Of a stretch of 64,000 nucleotides of DNA, positions 56,098 through 64,000 are shown one piece after another. Numbering within the stretch: the stretch's first letter is position 1; every line of letters starts with the position of its first letter. The notes below the pieces were generated by a model. The model saw only the letters and a program-made list of their open reading frames with translations, had not been told where the DNA came from and ran no database searches. Position numbers and translations under genes: made by a program. Source of the DNA: Octopus bimaculoides (taxonomy: Eukaryota); NCBI RefSeq assembly GCF_001194135.2, contig NC_068994.1:36970498-37034497 (forward strand), given 5' to 3'.

Positions 56098-57068
56098 TTT
56101 CCATTCACATCTTCCACTGAAAATTTATTAAATGGATGAAACCATGTTTACAATCTCAACTAAACATCTTGTCCTGGCAATCTACTTCACAATTATAAAA
56201 TACATCTTCAAACTGTTTTATTTTGTTCTTGTTTAACTCTCATAGCATCAAAATAGCTACGTTAGCACCAAAGAAATTTGCCTGAATCTTATATTACTAT
56301 AAGACATTTTAATATTGAGATGTCTTCAAAATTCTGTTTTACTTTTTGTTAACAGCAGAATCTTCTACCATAGTGGACAATTAACAAAGATAACAAATTA
56401 ATAACGGAACTTGCATGGGGTCAGTATAAGCATCATTTTCTCAAAATTTGTGCCAAAACAATGATGCAAGCCATCTAATGAGCACATACACATCATTTTG
56501 TGATTTTATAAGATATTTATGTGTTTATAAACTGAGTATATGGATCAGTGAAAAGTTAGACTTTATAGTCTACTAGCAGTAGTATAAGGCATTGCACGGG
56601 TCTTAATAAATTACCATTCAACTGCGGAAAGATGAGGCCTTACACTTGAGAAAATTTTTTGATCCCTACCTCGGCTACTGCATTTGCGCAATGCTCTTCT
56701 GATTTCAACACCTTACTCCTCAGCCCGGCGCAGATTAGAACCATACACTTGCAAATAAAGCCATACAACGAAGCACACAGATAAATGTATAGGAAGAGAA
56801 TGAGTTGAACAATTTCAGAGTTTCCTAAGAGGGAACCGTTATGGGGACGTAACTACACTAACACTGGTTGTCAAGCAGTGGACAAACACAGACACAAACT
56901 CACACACACACACGATGGGCTTCTTTTAGTTTCCAACTTTCAAATTCACTCACAAGGCCTTCATTGGCCCAAGATTATAGTAGAAGACACTTTCTCAAGA
57001 TGCCATACAGAGGGACTGAACCTGGAACCATGTGGTTGGGAAGCAAGCTTCTTATGATGCAACCACAC
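55859..57068. repeat. Exact 231-bp direct duplication (55859-56089 = 56838-57068)
   Basis: Base-by-base comparison found no mismatch, including the (CA)n length; offset 979 bp. Confidence 0.95.
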
Positions 57069-58925
57069 AACAGTTGGAATGTCGCCCTCAAGAGGCCCAA
57101 CAAGTAGCCACCATGCATTTTGTAAATTGGTATCCTTTCCATTGAATTGGTCACTTTAATGTTATGAATAAACATACTCGAGGTAATCGACCATATAGAA
57201 GGCAGCAGAAATGTCCTCAAATATGCGATACCTAAACTGCCTTTCTGCTGGTCTGTTTGTAGCAGCTGTCTGAAAACATTATTTCTTATTATTATTGTGC
57301 AACTGCAATGAATCGCCACCTCTTTGCCATCGTAGGAGCACCACACAAATGCCTTTCATAAACCCACAGAGTGTCAACAGGCAGGCGCCCTTTTCTGATG
57401 CTTCCGTCTGATATGGGAAAAATAGTAAAAGTATTTGAGCGTACCCCATTATAGGCATGCAAAGCGATAGTGTTCCCACTTCAGCTTTGGCAAATATGTA
57501 GCACTTCATTCTAGACAATGTTTCTTGTTTTCACCCAACGTGTTAATGAGAACAGTCTGTCTCTACTGCCAACTCTGGAGCATGCAACGTACAGCTGGCT
57601 GTGGGAAAAGCAAGGCTCTTCCAAGAGAAGTCTGGTCACAGGGAGAGTCTGGCCCTAGGACTTGTTGACAGACATGGTGAAGCTGGGCCAGAGTGGGAAT
57701 TGCAGTCTTCTGAAGGTGAAAGGTATGTCTGCTCCCAAGGGAGTAAGGGGAATCCTGGGAATGAATACATTCTCACCTTTTCTGCATCCGGATAGGATGC
57801 TTCATCAATTTTTTTACAACTGAGTTTTTGCAAAAACCGAACATTGATTGAAGCAGTTGTTATGACTAAAACATGCCTCAGAACATACCTAAGTATATCT
57901 GAAATTTCAGTCAAATCGGTTTGGTGGTTCAGAGGTTTGGCCCAGTTTCACCTGAAAGCACTTGTACACGGAAACCATAAACAATGCAAAAATATAACTT
58001 TTTGAAAGGCAGCTTGAGTATTGATTTGATTCAAGAGATTACCAAGGTTATTGCTTTAACAATGTCATGCCCCAAACCGTCTTTTCTCAAGTGTAAGGCC
58101 TCATGTTTCCGCACTTTCATGGTAATTTATTAAGACCTGTGCAACGCTGGTTACTACTGCTTGTGAAACAGATGAAGGAAGTAGTATGTACTTACCAGTA
58201 GCTTGTGCAGTGCAGAGGCTGTTATTGTTTTAACTGTCTCATGCTACACATAGAAATCGCTTTCATTTATTGCAATGGAAAGCCTCAGTGCTGGATGTTT
58301 AGTGTTATTGGCAGTGGCTATTTTGAGGTCATGTGGGGTCACAATGTGTGTGCACACCATAGTGGAGATTAATTGTTTATGCATCGGAGAAGGAATGGGG
58401 TCAGTGTTCTGAGAAAAACAAATCAGGAGCTACCTCAGGAGCTACAAAGGCATTTTGTTCGAATGTTAGTTTGTCAAATTGTGCTCAAACAAAGCACAAT
58501 TTAATGAAATGAACCATAGCATAAGACTCGTTGGGTGAAAATGCATTCGTTTACCGAGTTTGGTTTAAATTGGCTCAATGGTTCTGGCACTATGGCCAAC
58601 CTTAAAGGCATTTTTTGAGTCGGTTTCTCCCGTGCTGTACTCAAATGAAATGGAATTTGAAAAAAATAATAACGAAATGAAAAACCTTGGGTAAGAATGC
58701 ATAGGTATGTCAAGTTTGATCAAAATCGGATGCCTTTTTGAAAAAATCGATAATTATCGATCGAGTTTTTGTGAAAACCAAACATTGATGGAAGCATTTG
58801 GTATAACTAAAACATACCTCGGAACATACCAAATGCATGTCTGAAATTTCAATCAAATCGGTTTGGTGGAACTCGAGTCATAAACCTTCGAACTTACACA
58901 CACACACATACACATGCAGACAGTT
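56575..58925. mobile_element. Rearranged Helitron/Helentron complex
   Basis: About 80-bp inverted repeats (56575-56654 and 58082-58161) containing GC(A/G)TTGCAC(G/A)GG; two ~120-bp direct modules (57815-57935 and 58760-58877) with GAAATTTCAxTCAAATCGGTTTGGTGG; helicase remnant; more CpG than the flanks. Confidence 0.7.
57496..57810 (-). pseudogene. Helitron PIF1-type helicase C-terminal remnant
   Basis: ILSGCRKGENVFIPRIPLTPLGADIPFTFRRLQFPLWPSFTMSVNKS*GQTLPVTRLLLEEPCFSHSQLYVACSRVGSRDRLFSLTRWVKTRNIV*NEVL; contains the Helitron RepHel motifs FIPRIP, QFP, NKSQGQTL and FSHGQLYVACSRV. Confidence 0.92.
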
Positions 58926-59388
58926 TGGAGCCTGGTGTAGCCATCTGGTTCACCAGTCCTCAGTCAAATCGTCCAACCCATGCTAGCATGGAAAGCGGAC
59001 GTTAAATGATGATGATGATGATATGATGATATACAGATGGAAATAGATATGTTTTATAGAAAGAAATGTAACAAAATAGGGATTTTTTCATGCTAGAAAT
59101 GGTAGCAAAATCCTTGTAAACCATGCTCGATGTTTTGTGAAAAGAATTTATTGGATAATCTAATTTGAAATATACTGTATATGAAAAAAATGTGATCAGA
59201 AATGGATTTTTGATGTGATAAGCTCGAATTAATATATGATGTATTGTAAAATAATTGTCTTTAACTTTAGGTTACTGTCATATAATTGGTAAGAAATGCA
59301 AGTACTATACTACTCATGACTAGTCTACTAAATACTGAATGATTAACCATTGATTTATCAATTTAGAAGACTTTTGTTTCATAATAAT

Positions 59389-59785
59389 GAGCAAGCATGG
59401 GTGTGTAGTTAAGAAGCTCACTTTGTAGCCATGTAGTTTTGGGTTCAGTCCCACTATGCTGTACCTTGGGAAAATCTTTTCTTTATAATCTTGGGCTGTC
59501 AAAGGCCTTGTGAATGAATTTAGTAGAGAGAAACTGTGTGGAAGCCCATCATATATAAACATGTATGTGTGTGTCTTTATGTTTGTGTTTGTACCCCCTA
59601 CCACTTTATAATCGGTGTTCGTTTGTTTACATCCCTATAGCATAGTGAGTTTGCAAAAGAGACTGATAGAGTAAATACCGGACTTAAAAAATAAGTGCTG
59701 GGGTTGATTTGTTCAACTAAACATTTCAAGGTAGTGTAGTAACATTGCCACAGTCCAGTAACTAACACAAACAAAAGATAAAAAA
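59389..59785 (+). mobile_element. Family A SINE (diverged)
   Basis: GGGTTCAGTCCCACT..ACCTTGGGAAAA core and a recognisable tail. Confidence 0.8.
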
Positions 59786-60214
59786 TAAACGGTATTGCTT
59801 ACAGAGCTCAAGTTTACAACACACTTCCAGAATTTTCCTGAACTAAGAAAATAGATTGTATAGTGTACAAAATTACACAAAATTCTGTTTCATAAAGGTA
59901 AAATCGGTACATAGTTTCAGATTTAATTCCATGGGCAAAAGTTTTCTATTTTGGGGTTGGGATAACTGCCTAGAATCTTCTAGGCAGTTTTAAATTTCAG
60001 ATGAAAAAAAATCCATTAATATTTGATGTAAAATATGAGCATCCTATTTCCTTCATTGTTGACCTTCCTTTACATTACAGTGATTTCATAAGTAACCATA
60101 CACTTAAAATAGAAATGAAAATTTAGACAAGGAGAACTAGGTTCTTGGATAATGGTAATTTTTCTATCTAAATACAAACTTATTTCCTACCAGACAGGAG
60201 TCTGTATTATCTTG

Positions 60215-60247
<33 letters not shown>

Positions 60248-60249
60248 TG

Positions 60250-60290
<41 letters not shown>

Positions 60291-61218
60291 TCATATGTAT
60301 ATACACAAATCTAGATATATACATACCTACACACACACACACACACACATAATGTATACACAAAGACATTCAGGATATTTTTTGAGAGATAGGTATTCTA
60401 TTTACATGTTTTGTTTGTTTTTTTTATAAGTATTTACCTAAATATGACATTTTAAAATATCTTCTAAACCAAAAAAAAAATAGTTTAAATATTTTCTGAA
60501 TGGTACAATTTCTAAACTCATTGTTAATAAATACACCAAACATATATCTTTCTCAGGAAAACAAACAACATAAGTTTCCTACACTTTTATTGATTTACAA
60601 TTCAAGAAATACAAATTTAAAAAACAAAAAGAAAGGATGAATTGAAGACATTTCTGTATATAATAAAAAATCATAATCTAATGGAAGAATCATAGATTTC
60701 TTGATTCTGAGAAAATCCTTATAGATATATCAAAATGATATATATAAATAAAAGACCCTGACTTTCAACTCCTTAGAATGGTACTGAAGTTTTATAAAGC
60801 AATATTTATGTAGAAATATGATTATATGAAAATAATCAAATAATTTGAAATTTTATATTTTGCCTTTCATAATCTTTATTTTTTTTTACAATATTTTTAA
60901 TTTCATGTTTTGCTTATGTTTTTTGTTCAATGAGGAAGATTGTTGCCCATAGCCATTAAAGAAATCACAAAGTAGAAAGTGAGATAGCAGAAGATTATAA
61001 CAGTTTATACAAAAATAACATAAAAATAAAACAATAGAAAACGATAATGTGTCATGAGGAATAAATAATTTTAGTATTTGCTTGATAAAATAAAGTTTCA
61101 GCTAAGTACTGGAGTTGACTTATTTGACTGTACTCTCTCTGTACTAGTTTCAGCAAGAAATGTTATCTATTTTTAACACTTTGTTTAACAGATATTTGTC
61201 AACACAAATGAATCACAC

Positions 61219-61506
61219 CAGCCGGGTCTGTTCAGCTTCGCTCACAGATTTTTTAATTAATTCTTTTTAACTAAACAGTTTGAAACTTCGTATACTGGTG
61301 TAATTTCTCACTGTAAACACGGTTCACTTTCACCATTTTTAACAAAATTTCGTATTTTAGAAGTTATTTTGTGTTAAAGTTGTCATATGCGGGTAATTTT
61401 AAGAAAGCTACTGTTGTTTGTGATAGTAATCAAAGAGCAACAACTTCCTGGTCATTGCTACTAAATGATTAAAAAATCTGTGAACGAAACTGAACAGATC
61501 CCACTA
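61219..61506. mobile_element. MITE with ~40-bp imperfect TIRs
   Basis: GGGTCTGTTCAGCTTCGCTCACAGATTTTTTAAT versus ATTAAAAAATCTGTGAACGAAACTGAACAGATCCC. Confidence 0.8.
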
Positions 61507-63443
61507 GCCTTCTTGGATACTTTTAATTGATTTTTTTCTCTTGTATAGGGCTTCACACTTGTTTTCTTTTCGAAATGAAGGAAATATGTAGACAAATAAG
61601 AATTTCCAAACTAATACAATTTTAATAGGAAATAGGGCAATGAAATAGTAAAACATTAAAATGTGAGTATAAATAGCTAATGATGAATTAAATTACTGAC
61701 AGACTTGTGTCATTTTCTTTTTTTTCTGTTGATATTGTGTTGAGAATTGAAAAATATAAAACACTTTCCCATGAATCACAGAAAAATTAACTGGAATTTC
61801 TAAGTATTCAGAATTTCTAAGCAGATTAGGTAAAGGTTAGAAGTTAGCTTATCATAAAGTTCTAGGGATGTATTGAAATAATTATGTTTGATATTTATTG
61901 TCCTGTTTTTGCTTCTTAGAATAAGTATTATAATTCATCTATTCACTACTCTGAGCAAAACAGTGTACATTTCAATCAAGGTGGGACTGGGTATTGGAGA
62001 GTCAAATGATTGTGCCTATTCAGGACAAGATTCTTGGGTATCTTTGCAAGTTTTTGTGTATGTCACCTACCTCTGAGTAACATTCTGTATAGCAGCAAAC
62101 TGTACCACAGCTTGTTCCAGTTTTTATAACATCATTTGAGAGATAATGTTTTCTCTGAGTTAGGAATGCTGATTTATTGAAATTGTCCTCAAAATATTTC
62201 AACATAACACAAAACATGAATAAATCAAATACATAACAAAACATACTCATTGTGCTTATTTGTAGCTAAGTTGAGGGAGCTTTTGAGAATTTTTGAAAAT
62301 TAATTGCAAATAAAGTATAACAATACATTCACATGGCACCCATTTGATGCAAAAGATACAAGGCTATTGAGAATTATTCAGAATTAATTACAAATCAAAG
62401 ATATATACACAGTGAATCTTTGATAAACTGAGTCCCATTAACCTGGATATTAGATAAACTAGACTAATCAAAGATAAGAGACTGACTGATAGTTTTGACT
62501 TACTAATTACCCTCTTGATTCGCCTATTTTTTGAATTCATTCACCTTTCCTCTCCTCTCAATATATTGAGGTTGTTGCTTATATAAGACGTCTTGGTGAG
62601 ATGTAGTTATAAATTCATTGAAAATTTATTAACTGAACAAACTGGTTTTCTTTACAATTATTATGATCTTGTAACATAATGATATAATCTGGCTCTAATT
62701 ATTATCAAATCTAATTGGACATACTCAGTAACAAAGATATAGCCAAAAATTTGTATGTTTCTTTCTGATTAGTAATACTTATATCATACTATTAAGTTCA
62801 ACTTGGTAATGCATAGCACACTGAAAATAACCACCAGTTGCAACACAATACAACTAGTGTTGCCTTGAAGTTTTAATATTTCACTAATTAGGCATCGTAT
62901 TTTAAATCATAGTTTTAACAGAGAGTAATAATCTAAAGACAGAGCATGTAACTCTATCTGTGATCCCAAACTTGAGTTCATAAGTCAGTTGAAGGCTGTT
63001 GGTTTGGTGACATAAGTTTTTGAAGTGTGTGATGTTAAAAAGTAAATTTGGACATAGGGATTAGTATAAAATCCTTCTTGCATTTCCTTTGAACTATGTT
63101 GATGAAAACTCTATATCATTACCTGCCATGCAAGAAAGTATTTGATAATTGCAAAATATATAAATCTTGAGAAGGCAGTAATGAAGTGGTTTATCCATCA
63201 ACGATCCTGTGATAAAATGTCAGTAGTGTAGATATTCAAAGTGTAACTTGCAAGCTAACTAGACATATATGGGTAACAAAAGTATTGAAGTTAGTGACTG
63301 ATGGTTATGGCAATTTAGAAATTGCTGTGAAATGGGTAATAAAATTGCCCATGTTGAAGTGGACAGCCCACCAAGTGAGGAAGCTGAATCATCATGAAAG
63401 AGGTTAAATGACATAATCAAGTGTATTGGTGGTAACTAATCTA

Positions 63444-63570
63444 CAGGGTGTCCACAAAGTCTGGGTACATGGAGTAAATAAAATCATAACATAAACAATT
63501 AAATATAAGAAATAATAAATTCTTAAAGTATGTGCTAATCCCCATGTACCCAGACTTTGTGGACACCCTG
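63444..63570. mobile_element. 127-bp Tc1/mariner MITE with perfect 29-bp TIRs
   Basis: CAGGGTGTCCACAAAGTCTGGGTACATGG (63444-63472) and its exact reverse complement (63542-63570); TA on both sides. Confidence 0.95.
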
Positions 63571-64000
63571 TAGAATACTCAAATATTTTAAGAATATATC
63601 TTAAATACCTTGTCATAATTTAACAGATGAACATTTCCCAGTGTATTGCTATTTGAGTGAAGACAGTATGTACCTTTTAAAGTTTGTGGTGGTAGGAAGG
63701 AGATCAGCACATTTATGAGTTTTGAATGACATGCTGGAGCAAAAGATCATGGTCAACATCCATATCTGTTTTTCCCAGAATTTCATACCTGCTGTATGTA
63801 ACTACCAGAAAGATATCCTCAAAGTTTTTGCTGATGTGCTAAAGATGCTATTAATTTCTAATGATGCACATATTCTCCAGGTCTTCACTAATTTGTCGAT
63901 AGTGATTGTAAAATAAGGTGCATGTTCTTACCACCTAATGTTAATGCCATGATCTGACCAATGGATCAAGATATACTTGTAAGGAAAGAACATATTTGAC

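Noticed and set aside
57601-57914. ORFs at 57601-57795 (+) and 57636-57914 (-)
   Set aside because: Antisense or off-frame shadows of the Helitron helicase remnant.
64-60429. Many 60-135-aa ORFs rich in YI, HT, CV and SL repeats
   Set aside because: Translations of (AT)n, (AC)n, (CT)n and (ATAC)n arrays.
62020-62250. 76-aa ORF with an internal GAG|GTAGGT donor
   Set aside because: No convincing acceptor or recognisable protein motif.

Overview
AT-rich, microsatellite- and transposon-dense eukaryotic DNA with four N-gaps, most consistent with an octopus protocadherin cluster (judged from the protein and from repeat families I recognise; species not certain). The one large coding exon (minus strand, ATG 22857 to a phase-0 donor at 20446) encodes a signal peptide, six cadherin repeats, a TM helix and a proximal tail. 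A second minus-strand exon (37592-37306) looks like the terminal cytoplasmic exon of a different, upstream protocadherin, so the window probably holds parts of two head-to-tail genes with introns over 20 kb. A candidate promoter and non-coding first exon lie near 31.6-31.9 kb. The rest is SINEs, MITEs and decayed mariner, hAT, piggyBac, RTE, CR1-like, HERO and Helitron remnants. The Helitron complex contains an exact 231-bp copy of a neighbouring old SINE. All calls are from manual reading; no database search was run.
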